Translations under genes and position numbers: made by a program
Origin: Gekko japonicus
Taxonomy: Eukaryota
Length of the DNA stretch: 64,000 nt
Direction: 5' to 3'
NCBI RefSeq assembly: GCF_001447785.1
Contig: NW_015167563.1
Location: 303,297-367,296 of the forward strand
Shown: piece by piece, positions 51,916-64,000 of the stretch
Layout of the letters: the number at the start of each line of letters is the position of its first letter
Numbering within the stretch: the stretch's first letter is position 1
Notes under the pieces: model-generated
Told to the model about the DNA's origin: nothing
Database searches by the model: none
What the model saw: the letters and a program-made list of their open reading frames with translations, nothing else

Positions 51916-52631
51916 CAGGCCCATAGCTACTGCGGGGGCCCTTGGGGGGGCTCTAACCTGCCCTGCCCCCTAATCTTCCCTGGCCTTTTGTTAGTCCCTT
52001 GTAGGCTCGCGCATCCCCTGCCTCCTGCCCGCATAAGTGGAAGGCACATCTCTCTGCCGTTGGAGCTCTGAGCCAGCAGGAGGGTAGCCGAGCCATGGGT
52101 GGCTCCTCCCAGGTGGATCACAAGCACAAAGCCTGGGCAAGATGCATTGCCAGATGCTAGGGAGCTGCTAGGTGCTGTGGGTCACCACTGGGCTGGTGCT
52201 GCTGTGACAGCGGGGGTGACAGAGCGGACAGCCCTCCACAACACTCACAGGCTCTGCTGCACTACGCAGTGCCTGGCGTGTGGCCTGCCACTCCAGGAAG
52301 AGGCTCTCTCCTACCCTGCACTTCTTGGTGGGGGGTAGGGGGCCCAGATAAAGGGCTGGGGGGAATCTTCTGCATGCTTTCTGAGCATGTGTCGCAACCC
52401 TTGCTGAGACAGCGGGCTTGGCACTCAGCGAGGTACCATACAGCCCCAAGCACAATTCTTCCTGTGGCAGCCCGAGACTTGAAGCCTTGAAAGGCCACTT
52501 TGGGACAGGGAGGAGAGAAGGGGCAGCCAGTAGAGAGCCCTCCACGTGCCTACATCACTTCTGGAAGCAATAGTGATGTAAGCATGTGGAGGCAGTGCCC
52601 CTCTACCAAAAATTGTCTCGCTATGGGGCTG
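51916..52631. mobile_element. hAT-like non-autonomous element
   Basis: TIRs caggcccatagc / gctatggggctg; perfect TSD tgaccaaa. Confidence 0.8.
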
Positions 52632-52689
52632 TGACCAAAACTTAATTTTTCCTTTTCTGCACCATTCTTTCATTTTAATCTTTTAAGAC

Positions 52690-53345
52690 AGAGATTCAGC
52701 CGTGTTGGTCTGATGCAACAGAACAAAGTTTGAGTCCTGTGACACCTTTAAGACCAGCAAAGTTTAATTCTGGTTGTAAACTTTTCTGTGCATGCATACT
52801 TCTTCAGATACATTGAAACAGTTTTCCTCAAGCTTTACATATAGGCGTAGGGGGGTAGTTGCCATGAAGGTCTAGTTAGAGTCAAGATGCATAAGTAATT
52901 AGGTGATATTTGTATTTGTATGCTAATTTGCTGACATTCACAGGTCTTACCAACTGCTTTAATCCAGTCTCTGCTATACTTATTGCCCAGTTACTTATGC
53001 ATCTTAACTCTAACTATCACTTCCTGGCAACTACCCCCACACATTAGGGCTGCCAAGTCCCCCCAGGGGGCAGATTTCCCCCCGCTTTGGAGGCCCGATT
53101 TCCGTCGCCGTGGAAAACCCCACTCCAGAGGTGACGTGATGACGCCGGGCACGCTGGGGGCGGGGCCACAGCCATCTGAGGGGAAAACAGACACTGTCCG
53201 GGAGCCCCCCGCCACGGGGCGAAAACGACTTGGCAACCCTACCACACACACACACCCCTACCTATACGTAAGGCTTGAGGAAAACTTTTTCAATGCATCT
53301 AGAAGTGTGGATGCACATAAAAGCTTATATCCAGAATTAAACTTC
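52690..53345. mobile_element. Penelope-derived inverted pseudo-LTR pair with decayed hammerheads
   Basis: ~52760-52857 is inverted relative to ~53253-53345; minus-strand CTGAAGA-agt...-GAAAag at ~52780-52808. Confidence 0.55.
53045..53241. mobile_element. hAT-like MITE
   Basis: TIRs tagggctgcca/tggcaacccta; TSD ccacacat/ccacacac. Confidence 0.8.
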
Positions 53346-56314
53346 TAAGTTACTTCCAGACAACACTGAGATCAGCTATAGTGGAGTGTAAACAGGAAGT
53401 ATTTTGTTGAAGCACTTCCTGTCTGGGGGGGCTTTACAATTACTATTAGTGTGGGGGGAAGAAGGTCTTCGTCCTCTGCCAAGCCTACAGAATATGACTG
53501 GCGACAAACAAAACAGGTGCCATGTAAGCAACTGACATGCTGGTTTACCACACTGATCTCCCATATATGCATTTGTATGGAAGATCCCTTAGCTCCGTCT
53601 TCTCTGCCTACCTCTGCATCCTTTCTTGTTTAGCTTTTTTAATTCTTAATTTTTTGCTGTCCAAGAACTAACCTGGAATTCTACCAGGTTTTGTCCCCAT
53701 TAGGTAAAAAAATGAGTTCCCGCAAATCCTACCATAATGAGAGGCATGCCTCTCACTGTTTGAGGAGATCAGAGTTCCAAGATCTCTCATATGAATTCCA
53801 GACTTCCTCATTCTGTACCTTCTAATTGTGAACATGAGAAGATATTAAACAGAAGCTGTCATATTTCCAAACCCACCAAGCTCTTAACAATAACAAGCTG
53901 CTTTTACGAATGCAGAACTGAGGGTATGTTCCATTTGGGAAAGTTGATACAGTGAATTCTAAATAATTCCTCATTATGAGATTATTTACAGTTTTCCATC
54001 TTTTCAAGCATTTCAGTTACCTTTATGCTTAATGTACTTTTGTTTTGCATGCTGAGAGTATCCACTGCCTGTATGCCTCCAGGATGAAAAATTTCCAATC
54101 TTTTTGAGAAGCATGAATTTACATAAAATATGAGCCAACTCTACAAAGATGCTCCTTAAAACCCTTCCAGTTAACATTTCAAAGAAAGTAATTAACTGTG
54201 TTGAGAGAAATCTCAGCATTATGTCAAAACAATTGCCTTCCTCATTACAGACATTGGCAGGCACTTTAATTATTTAGTGAGGTGATCCGTGCTACAAGGA
54301 TCAGTGACCACAGTCCTTTTTCCTGAGGGGATGTGTGTAAATGTTCCTGGATGGAGTATCGGTATCCAACGGAACAGATAATCAGCAAATGGCCAAGAGT
54401 TTCCCCATGAACACCAGTTACCAGGACTATGCAAGCAAAGTCATATTCACATTGTCATTTCAAAAACTTGTGCTGGATCCCATACTATCAAAAGAAATGT
54501 GCATGCTTGAAAATCCATCCAATGGTTGTTTTCATTGGCATGGGAAACATGTCCCTACTGGGGCAAAATTTTCTGGGCTTTAACCTTGACCCAAAGTATC
54601 ATTACTGCTATTTTAGGGAGATAAAAGAAAGCATTTAGAGGCATTTAAAATTTGCACTTTCCAAGCACCATATTTTGAGTGAGCTTTTCACTCCTTTCCC
54701 AAGTGGAGTATGGTTGGTGGTCAATTTTTTTGGGGGGGAAATTGAGTATAGAGGTGATGAAAGCTAAATCCTGTATTCAAGCACAATTGGCATTCTAGTG
54801 ACATCCCCCCCAAAAAACCCAGGGTCTGGTGCTAATATCAGAAGTCATCTGGGCTGTGGGGAAATAAACACGGTATAAATACCAGACTAGGACTGGGAAA
54901 TCCGCTCAGCCATGAAGTTCACCATGTGATGTTGAACCAGATACCATCTTTCAGCCTAATCTACCCCCATGGAGTTCTTGTGAGGATAAAAAGGAAGATG
55001 GAGAAGCAGGGCCAGCCTATCCTTTCCCAGGCCAGTTCTGCCCGTTGATAGTTGTGGCACCTCAGCTAGACCCAGCCCCAGTGAGGGTGGTGTATGGGCA
55101 GCTTCCCCATGGTACGGGGGGGGGGAAGGGGGCAGCAATGGCTTCCCTGAAATGCAGGAGGGGCATGAAGTCATTCACCTAGGCTAGGGCACCCAAAATC
55201 CTTGGGCCAGCTCTGGGGAGAACCATGAGCCTAGCCAGCTCCCATAACCTACATGCTGCAGTTTTATCCCAAAGTACCCCACTTTCTTTACACATAAAGT
55301 AAAGAATTGCTTGTCTTTCTCGCATACTAAAGCTAATAGAGACTGACAGGGGAATTTGTGTTGGGGAAATGTAAGGCTGCCTAATGCCTTTACATACAAT
55401 TAATTCCCGCACCTGAGAGATCTCAGATCCTGAATCAGCAGTTCTTCTTACACAGAGAAATAATCTGATTCTTTCTTGTCACTAACTTATTGCATGTTTT
55501 CTGGGGGTTGGGGGGGGGGAGGTGTTTATTGGGGGAGCAAAGCCTTACTCTCTGCCTCTGTCTGTCTGCAGGGCAAGTGAGCTGTCTATTGCCAGTGGGG
55601 ACAAAGCCTGGGCCTCTGCATCTACAATCTCCCCCCCACCCCCGGATCTGTGTAGTAGTTGTGCCTGCTTGCCAGCTAATATAAGCAACGCTTTTCCCTC
55701 TGTCTACTGTATTAGATGCAGACTCTAGGCCTTTCTTCCTCGCTGCCTCTCTGCCAGTATGTCGAAACAAGCCATACTTTCCCTTTCAGGGCAGGTGGGC
55801 TGCCTGGCACTCTCTACCTATTACAGGGGCAGGTCCTAACTTCTGCCACAGCTTTCCCTAGCTTTGCTTTCAGCAGGTAAGCAAGGCTTTTTCCTGGGCT
55901 GCCTTACACATGTGCAGCCCAGATAGCTCAGGCAAATAATATAGAATCAGAAACTTCTCCCAAAGCCTATGAAATGATGCAGTGATTGGCAGAAAGAGGA
56001 AATGCTATGCATAGAAATACCTGTTTGGCAAAAGTGAAGAGACCGCTGTTCTGGGTGGACTTCATTTTTGTCACTTAGTAGCCGCCTGCTGAGTGATCCC
56101 TCATCTCATTACCCTTCCCACTACCTAGGAAACTGAAACCAGAATAATGATCAGATTGGAAAGTTTCTGCCTGCTCCAAAATATTCAGATTCTGGAACAT
56201 GTATCACATTCACAGTGTCTAGTGGGGCGTGGTTTGAGTGAGATTGCAGTGATTAAAATTCAAATTGTACATGCTTAAGTGCTTAGCAGGGCTGGAAACA
56301 GTTTCATACACATC

Positions 56315-56442
56315 AGCTGTTGTAGATTTTCTGGGTTGTATGGCTGTGGTCTTGGCATTGTAGGACCTGACGTTTCGCCAATAGCGGTGACTGGTATTCT
56401 CAGAGGTATAACACAGAAAGATGGAGTACTCTCTGTGTCAAG
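56315..56442 (-). mobile_element. Penelope pseudo-LTR; hammerhead core mutated (CTGAGAA)
   Basis: Homologous to the copies at 12198 and 49104. Confidence 0.75.
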
Positions 56443-56676
56443 TACTCTCTGTGTCATACACACATCAAGCTTTTGCTGTATTGTGATTTCCAGGATTGTA
56501 GCAATGTCCTTTTCATTTAGGTTGCTTGTATATGCACCCAGTCATGTTGTTCCATGTTACAAGGCAATCCATAACTGATCCAGCAGACAGATGCAGCATA
56601 ACATGAAATGAATTCTGGCCCCTTGTACATCAGACAGAATATCTCAGTCACCTGGTGTTAAATACTGGGTTCAAGA

Positions 56677-59600
56677 TGTGTTACAGTGAACAGCTCTACT
56701 TTATTAAGTGATTTCAGGAACACTACAAGACAAACTCCAGGGCTGCTGCCCTGTTTAAATAGCATGCAAGCACCACACCCAAACACACTCCAGTCCCAAT
56801 GATAGGCTATTTACATAACACTACTTCCCCATTGGTCCCCTCCAGAATCCTGGCAAGCTATTGTTCCTGAGAAACAAGCTCAGCCAGTCTCGGATACTAG
56901 CTCAGGGATGACCCCTGCTCAATACACAATACCTCTCCCCCCCCTAAGTTCCTAAGCACCTTAACACACAAAGTATCTCAGGTACGCCACTTTGCGCCGT
57001 TCCCAGGATGAACGTCAAAGCTCTCTCTGAGGAGACGCAGTCTCTGGACCCTGGTCCGATGTTGCAGGAACAGCACTGGCAGGTGGTGGCGGCGGTGGCA
57101 TCACATCTGGGAAGTCCATGGCCGCCTGGTCAGGTGTTTTGCCCTCTAGGCAGTCAGGCGGTGCACTGTCAAGCGGGAACTCCCTTGCGGTCTCTGGTTC
57201 CTATAGTTGCAGCGAGCCCACCTCGTTGTCTCCCACAACTGTTGATGGTGGCTCCTGCTCCACAGGAAGGAGACAGCGGCGGAGCTGGTCAATGTGTCTT
57301 CGAAGGACCTGCCCATCATCAGTCGATACCTCATATGACAGAGGTCTGGTGACTCTGATGACCTTGGCAGGGACCCAGGTAGGACTGCTGGAACAGTTCC
57401 TTGTGTAGATGGAGTCACCAGGGAAAAACCCTCTGGGCACTTCCTGGCTCTCCGGCAACGGGTGATGCTCGGGAGCTCAACCTGGGTGCAGTCTGTCCAG
57501 TCAGGTGGTTAGGCGCCTGCCCATGAGGAGTTCAGCTGGACTGTGGCCTGTGATAGTGCTCGGGGTCACCCGGTGGCTGAAAAGGAAGGCCACGAGTCTG
57601 TGGTCCCAGTCTCCGTGGATGATACACCTGAGGGACTCTTTTGTGGTCTGCACCATCCTCTCTGTTTGTCTGTTGGTGGCCAAGTGAAAGGGTGCGAAGA
57701 CTACACAACAGATGAGGTAGCAACCAAAAAACTCCTGGAACTCCCTTGAGGTGAAGGCTGTCCCATTGTCCATCACCACCACGTCGGGAAGGCCATGTGT
57801 GCTGAAGATCCATCTGAGGGCCCGGATTGCCACTTTGGAGGAGGTGGAGGCAACAGGCATGACCTCCAGCCATTTGGTGTATGAGTCCACCAGAATGAAG
57901 AATATATGTCCTTGGAAGGGGCTAGCAAAGTCCAAATGTACCTGGGACCAAGGGTTGTGGGTGGACTCCCACTGTTGCACGGGTGCCCGGGGCAGTTCCG
58001 GTCGGGTTTTTTGGCAGGCCTGGCAGCACTTGACCCAGGCCTCTATCTCGTTATCTAAACCTGGCCACCACACATAACTCCGGGTGAATGCCTTCATCTG
58101 CACAATCCCGGGATGAGTCTCATGCAGGGCCGACAGCACTTGCTGGCGTAAGGGAGCGGGGACCACCACCCAGCTCTCCCACATTAGGCATCCCTTGTGG
58201 GCTGATAACTCATCCCAGTGGGATGAGAAAGCTGTAAATTCCGGGCCCACCCAGCTGGTGGGCTAGCCCCTCCCCACCCAGTCCAAAACACAGGAGAGGA
58301 TCTGGTCCCTCACAGTGTAGTGGGAAACATCTGCAGCTTGCAGAGCGCAGTCCAGAAGCTCTTCCATGAGTAGGATCTGGTGCGCGTGAGCCAGGTCAGG
58401 ATTGACAGAGCAGAGCGGCAGGTGGCTGAGGGCATTGGCATGCTCCATCACCCTTCCTGGATGGTAGAGGAGGCAGTATTGGTACCCCGCCAGGAAGGTG
58501 GACCAGCGCAGTACCTGAGGTGAGAGCATCTGGGGAGTCTGGCGATCCGGAGCCAGCAGACCCAGCAGGGGCTTGTGGTCTGTCACAATGGTGAACGGCT
58601 GCCCGTAGAGGTAATCATGGAATTTCTTCACCACTGTGATGATCGCCAGTGCCTCTTTATCAATTTGCGCATAGTTGTGCTCAGCTGAAGACAGGGTGCA
58701 GGAGTAATAAGCCATGGGGACATCCCTGCCGTCCGGCAGCTGGTGTCCAAGGGCAGCACCAACACCATATGGAGAAGTGTCACAAGCATGGATGATGGGC
58801 AGCGACTCATTGAAGTGGGCTAGGACTGCATTGGACGTGAGCAGCTCCTTGATGGCCCTGAACACCGCAGCTTGTTTGTGGCCCCAGACCCACGGGGCCT
58901 TCCTGTCGAGGAGGCAGTGAAGCAGTTCTACAAGCGCAGCTTTGTGGGGCAGGAAAAAGTGCTAAAAGAATCCCTGAAGTTCCTGCTTGGAGGTTGGTGT
59001 GGGAGCGTCAACGATGGCGCACACTTTGTCTGGGGCCGGATGGATGCCATTGGGGTCCATGGAGAACCCTAGGAACTCGACCCGTGGAACACACAGGAGG
59101 CACTTCTCCTGCTTCACCTTGAGACCGGCCACCTGGAATCACTGCAGGACAGTGTGCAGCCTGCTGGCGAAGTCCTCTTCCATGGTAGCAGCAATCAGAA
59201 CATTGTCAAAGAAGGGCTAGACCCTGGGAATTCTTTTAAAAAGAGAGTCCATGAGATTTTGGAAGATCTCCAGAGCCACACTAACCCCAAACTGCAGCCA
59301 CCGCACGCTGAATGCATCCCGGTGCGTTATGATAGTCTGGGCCTCTGCAGTCGTATCATCCACAGGAAGCTGCTGGTAGACCTTGGTCAAGTCTAACTTT
59401 CCAAATACCTTGGCAACCGCCAGAGAGACCAAGACATGGCTGACTACCAGGACTGGGTAGGAGTGGTCCTGCAGCGCTTTATTGATGGTGCATTTGTAGT
59501 CTGCGCAGATGCAGATGTCCCCTTTGGGCTTAACGGGTGTCACAATTGGGGTTTCCCAGAGGGCGTGTAGAACTAGCTCTAAGACTCTTTGACCCACCAG

Positions 59601-60820
59601 GCGATCCAGCTCCTTGTCTATTTTTGGCTTCAATGTGAACGGGACATGCCTTCAGCTGTATGGGCCACAGCTCTAGGCTGAGCTGGAGTGAGACAGGGGG
59701 CCTGGTGTAGCGACCGAGCGTCCCATTGAAGATGGTCGGGAACTCATTGCACAATTTCTGAAAGTTTTTTGTGGCAATGTGGTGCACCCCAGTGACTCAA
59801 AGCCCCAGGGGCACAAACCAGGCTAGTCCTAGGAGACTCGTGCGACTGCTCCCCACCAGTGTTCCCTCTAAGCTGAGTTAGTGTGAGCTAGCTCACAGTT
59901 TTTTAGCCTCCGGCGCACACATTTTTCTCTTAGCTCGGGAAGGAGGGCTTCAGAGCAAACTCATTTAGGCAGCAGCCAAATCACTCACTCACAACTTTAA
60001 TGCCAGTTGCTCACAAAGTAGGATTTTTGCTCACAAGACTCCACAGCTTAGAGGGAGCATTGCCCCCCACCACCAGCAAGTCCAAAAGTCCATAAAAATT
60101 CTGGTACTGCACCCGGAACTTCCCCACCCTCTCACAGTCACCTCATTTTGTTGGAAGTCCCATAGGGTGAAACTGGCCGGTCTAAGGTGAGGGGCCCCCC
60201 TTGGGCAGAGCCTCCTAAAGGTATCCTCTGAGATTATTGAAATGGAGGACCCCCATGTCTAGTGCCATCCTGAAGGGGGCTCCCTCGATCAAGACAGTTA
60301 CTTTAATTTTATCGGGCGTGTCCTGGGGCAAGTTCAGTACCTGTTGCTGCTGGACGGAGGTAGTGTGTGGTTCCATTGTGTGCGCAGAAGGAGGTGCGGT
60401 TGGTCACCGCCGGTTTCCCTTGGAACAGCAGGCCCAGGTGATGTGGCCTACCTTTCCACAGCTCCTGCACGTGGCATCTCAGAAATAGCAGGACCGCCTC
60501 TCGTGGGGCTCCCCACAGCTAGCGCATGATGTTGATGTGGCAGGGTCAATGGCACGTGCTGAAGCTGATGAGCAAGCGCCAAGATGGGCTGGCCAATGTA
60601 GTTGCAATACCTCTTCATCCTCGGAGGTGTCCACGTGGTGTGCCACGGTGGTTGGTCTCTGCAAAGATGGTGGGCTCTGTGTCTATTGGACTTCCGCTGT
60701 GAACTGGTCAGCGGCTTCTGCAGCGAGGGCTTCTTCCATTGTTTCCTTGAATTTGGGGTCTCGCTTGGCAATGAGCCTCCGTTGGATTCGCTCATCTCGC
60801 AGTTTGCACACCAGCTGGGA
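56677..60820 (-). mobile_element. Mag-like Gypsy LTR retrotransposon, 5'-truncated (gag end, protease, RT, RNase H, integrase, PPT, 3' LTR)
   Basis: Zinc knuckles CASCGEPH...CRSCGKVGH; ICADYK; ACDTSPYGVGA; TDHKPL; HETHPG, VHLDFA, DNGTAF; PPT at ~56930-56946; LTR 56677-56928. Confidence 0.9.
59857..60062. mobile_element. hAT-like MITE nested in the Gypsy element
   Basis: Same TIRs as the 25540 copy, opposite orientation; TSD ctccccac/ccccccac. Confidence 0.85.
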
Positions 60821-61739
60821 TGGCAAAGTAAGAGAGGAAGGCACAGAGGATACAAGATTAGACTGAATGAGAAGGAGCTTGCTCGTTTTTGTTATGATCA
60901 ATACACCCAGAAGAAAGATGCTTGATAGATCAGATAGATACTGCTCTCAAAAGTGCATTACTGCAAACTTAATTCACCTTAATGGGAATTCACAGAAGAA
61001 TTAGAACAAGCTGTATTTGAAATGAAGCAAATTAATAGCCATATACAGATTCCTCAGTGGGTTAAACTATTGTATTAGGGGTGAATCACACAGTACGCTT
61101 TTTGTCCATCAGCAATCTCAAATGTTACTCCATATTCCTACATGTGGATAAATACGCTGAGTTGGATTCATTGTCCTACTGGCAATGGTTTTCTCCACTG
61201 CAATGAGCCTTGTGCTTTCCAAGTTACTGACTACAAATGAGGCTTGGATACTATCACTGTTCAGCACTAAAATATGTCTGTTGCTTTGGAAGGTTGTAGA
61301 ATCCTTTTCTTCAAAGTCAGAAAGAAATGTTTGGACAGATGTCTCCCAGAGATGTTGTTTGTTGTCTGCTTAAAGGCTTGGTTCCATGGGGCTCATGCAA
61401 GTTTGTGATTTTATGGCTGAGATCAGATATATTCTTAATCATAAAACAATGGGACTTAGTCCTGAGTAAACATGCATAGGATCATCATGTCAGTAACTTT
61501 TATTTACTGCTAACAGGGTATTAGGCTTCATCACCAATGCTGCCAACTTTTTTTGGGCCCTGCTCCTGTGCCTTTCAGCCACCCAGATTGCTTCATNNNN
61601 NNNNNNNNNNNNNNNNNNNNNNNNNNNNNNNNNNNNNNNNNNNNNNNNNNNNNNNNNNNNNNNNNNNNNNNNNNNNNNNNNNNNNNNNNNNNNNNNNNNN
61701 NNNNNNNNNNNNNNNNNNNNNNNNNNNNNNNNNNNNNNN

Positions 61740-61987
61740 CGCTTTTCACTACCCAAGGGAGTCTCAGAGTGGCTTACAAACTCCTTTCCCTTCCGCTCCC
61801 CACAACAGGCACCCTGTGAGGTAGGTGGGGCTGAGAGAGCTCTGACAGAAACTGCTCTTTTTCAAGAATAGCTCTTATCAGAACTACGGCTTGCCCAAGG
61901 TCATCCAGCCAGGTGCAAGTGGAGGAATGGGGAATCAAACCCGGTTCTCCCAGATTAGAGTCCGCACACTTAACCACTACACCAAAC
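61740..61987 (-). mobile_element. tRNA-derived SINE
   Basis: Reverse-complement homologue of 46575-46845. Confidence 0.8.
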
Positions 61988-63884
61988 CACTATACCAAAG
62001 GGACAAGAGTCAAGTTAGTAAAACAAAAAAGGCAACAACCCTACCTACTCATTGCAGGGCTCACCAAAAAGAAAAAAAAATCCTCTAAAAGCAGAAGGGA
62101 AAACACTAACTTTGCAGCTACTACCCAGTGGTGTGCAAAAATGGTCAGAGCACTCCCGGAGTCATTTAATCTAAACAACATTAGTACTGTTGATGAAAAG
62201 GAAAATATTTTAGAGAACCCTTTGACAGGAGCAGTACATTTAGAAAGTGGCATACTAGAGGGAGAATTTAAAAGCATGAGTGCTTTTGTCTTCCCCATCA
62301 TTTCTGTCACTGGGAATAAAAACAGTACTTGCTTATAAGGAAATNNNNNNNNNNNNNNNNNNNNNNNNNNNNNNNNNNNNNNNNNNNNNNNNNNNNNNNN
62401 NNNNNNAGTTTCTGATTAGCATCTTCAAAGTTGGAGCAAGTCACTGAAAGTTATACTCAGAGTTGCTTTTTATCTTGTATAACTGCTCAGCTCAGTTATT
62501 TCCCATGAGAAGGCTTTGAAGAACACAAAATTAGTTTCCAAGCTGTCAAAACCACTGGTGATGTCCAACCAGCGGGCATCAGTGTTATCAGAGATTTCAA
62601 AGGTCTTTTTATGTCCTGCTATGACAGCCCTGTCCACTTCCCTCTCTCAGAGGTAAGATTTTCCCTCCCATTCTATTCCGGTTTTCTGACTGAGCTGCCC
62701 TAGTAATGTGTTTTCTTCTTTGCTGAAGAACTCTGGCTGTCCCACCCTGTCATAGTACAATATTTTGGCTGTTGGCTCAGCCCAGGAACCTGAGGAAAGG
62801 ATCAGGAGCCCGCTTAACAACTTACGGTAATAACTTAACAACTTAAATGGTACTCGAGGTGTTTTGAAATTAAAAAATAACAAAATATTTTATTTAACAT
62901 AGAGGGGAAAGGTCAGGTGAAATCACGGGTAAAATTTCTGAGGTAACACAAATAACTTTGATGTAAAGCAGTATATGCACAGACTGTAGTTCATATGCTT
63001 TTCAGGCTACCGAGAGTTTCATAAGTTTTTCCCAGTCCTTAGGAACTTTGTGAGAGGCTTTTTTTCTAGTATTTCCCAAACGCTTCAGTATACTTTCTTT
63101 GAGTATTCACAGATAAATTAGAGAGGTACTGAATATGCACATAATAGAGAAGCAGCCTCGTAAAAGAAGACCTAAATATTAAAAAGAGCCAGAAGAATCA
63201 GGGCTACCAACTGGGCAGAGGAAAATTTCACAGCTATGGCTCTTTTCACAGTATATAGCAGCTGTATAATTAATTTGACAGGAACTACAGGTGTCCAACT
63301 TTTGCCTGCTAGGCAGCTACTTAACTTACAGGAATTCTGTTTGGATCAGTAATTGTCAGCCTTCCTTCGTAACATAACCATCACCCTCTCCATCTTCCAA
63401 TTTGCCTCTTAAGTCCTATTGACTACATCATTTCCCGCTTGCGGGGAGGGCGGGGTAAAAATGTCTAAATAAAATAAATAAAATTTCTTTAACTCCTTGC
63501 CATCTTTACTATGTTACTTGTATCCCCCTTGTTAGTCCCTTTCCATGCCTTATTATTAAATATTTGTTTATTCATTTCAATATACTATCCTTAAGATGCC
63601 CTAAAGATTCTAGAAATGGGTAATAATTTCTGCGCATGCAGTGCATTATCAACTCAGGAAGTATGAATTCTAAGGAAAGTACAAAGTGTAAGTGCTCTAA
63701 AGAGGGAACTCTGAGGGGACCCCATTCAATCATTTTGGACATTCCATGTCCACATGTAATAAGAGAAGGTAAAAAGAAGGGGAAAGAAGAATTTGGTTGA
63801 GCCTTGTGGAGCAGTTAATAGCAATAGATGGAAATTTGCTGCCACCTGCTGTTGGAACATAAGGGTAGAATTGAGTTCTGCCGC

Positions 63885-64000
63885 TCTTATTAGATCGCAT
63901 GAAGCTATGCAGGGTTGGCTCCAGCTTGTATTCGGATGGGAGATTACCAAGGAAGTCCAGGGTTGCTACACAGAGGCAAGCAATGGCAAACCACCTGTGA
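63885..64000 (+). mobile_element. 5S-derived SINE, cut by the window edge
   Basis: gaagctatgcaggg...ggatgggagattaccaaggaa...gcaatggcaaaccacct. Confidence 0.6.

Overview
Non-mammalian vertebrate DNA, most likely a squamate reptile (inferred from RTE-BovB, 5S-headed SINEs with BovB-type tails, CR1/L2 and Penelope elements). No host protein-coding gene could be identified with confidence; much of the window is decayed transposable elements. The largest element is a ~6.1 kb Ngaro-type tyrosine-recombinase retrotransposon (~31.8-37.9 kb, +) with gag-like ORF1, RT/RNase H, tyrosine recombinase and an extra SGNH-hydrolase ORF that appears reachable by splicing from ORF1. Also present: a complete ORF1-only L1 derivative (HAL1-like) with an 18-bp TSD, two 5'-truncated L1s, at least four Penelope-like families with minimal hammerhead ribozyme motifs and inverted arms, Mag-like and chromovirus-like Gypsy remnants plus a solo LTR, RTE-X-like, BovB, CR1 and L2 fragments, a piggyBac transposase remnant next to a 178-bp repeat, many hAT and Harbinger-type MITEs, and tRNA- and 5S-derived SINEs. 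Calls were made by eye without database searches; boundaries not fixed by a TSD are approximate.
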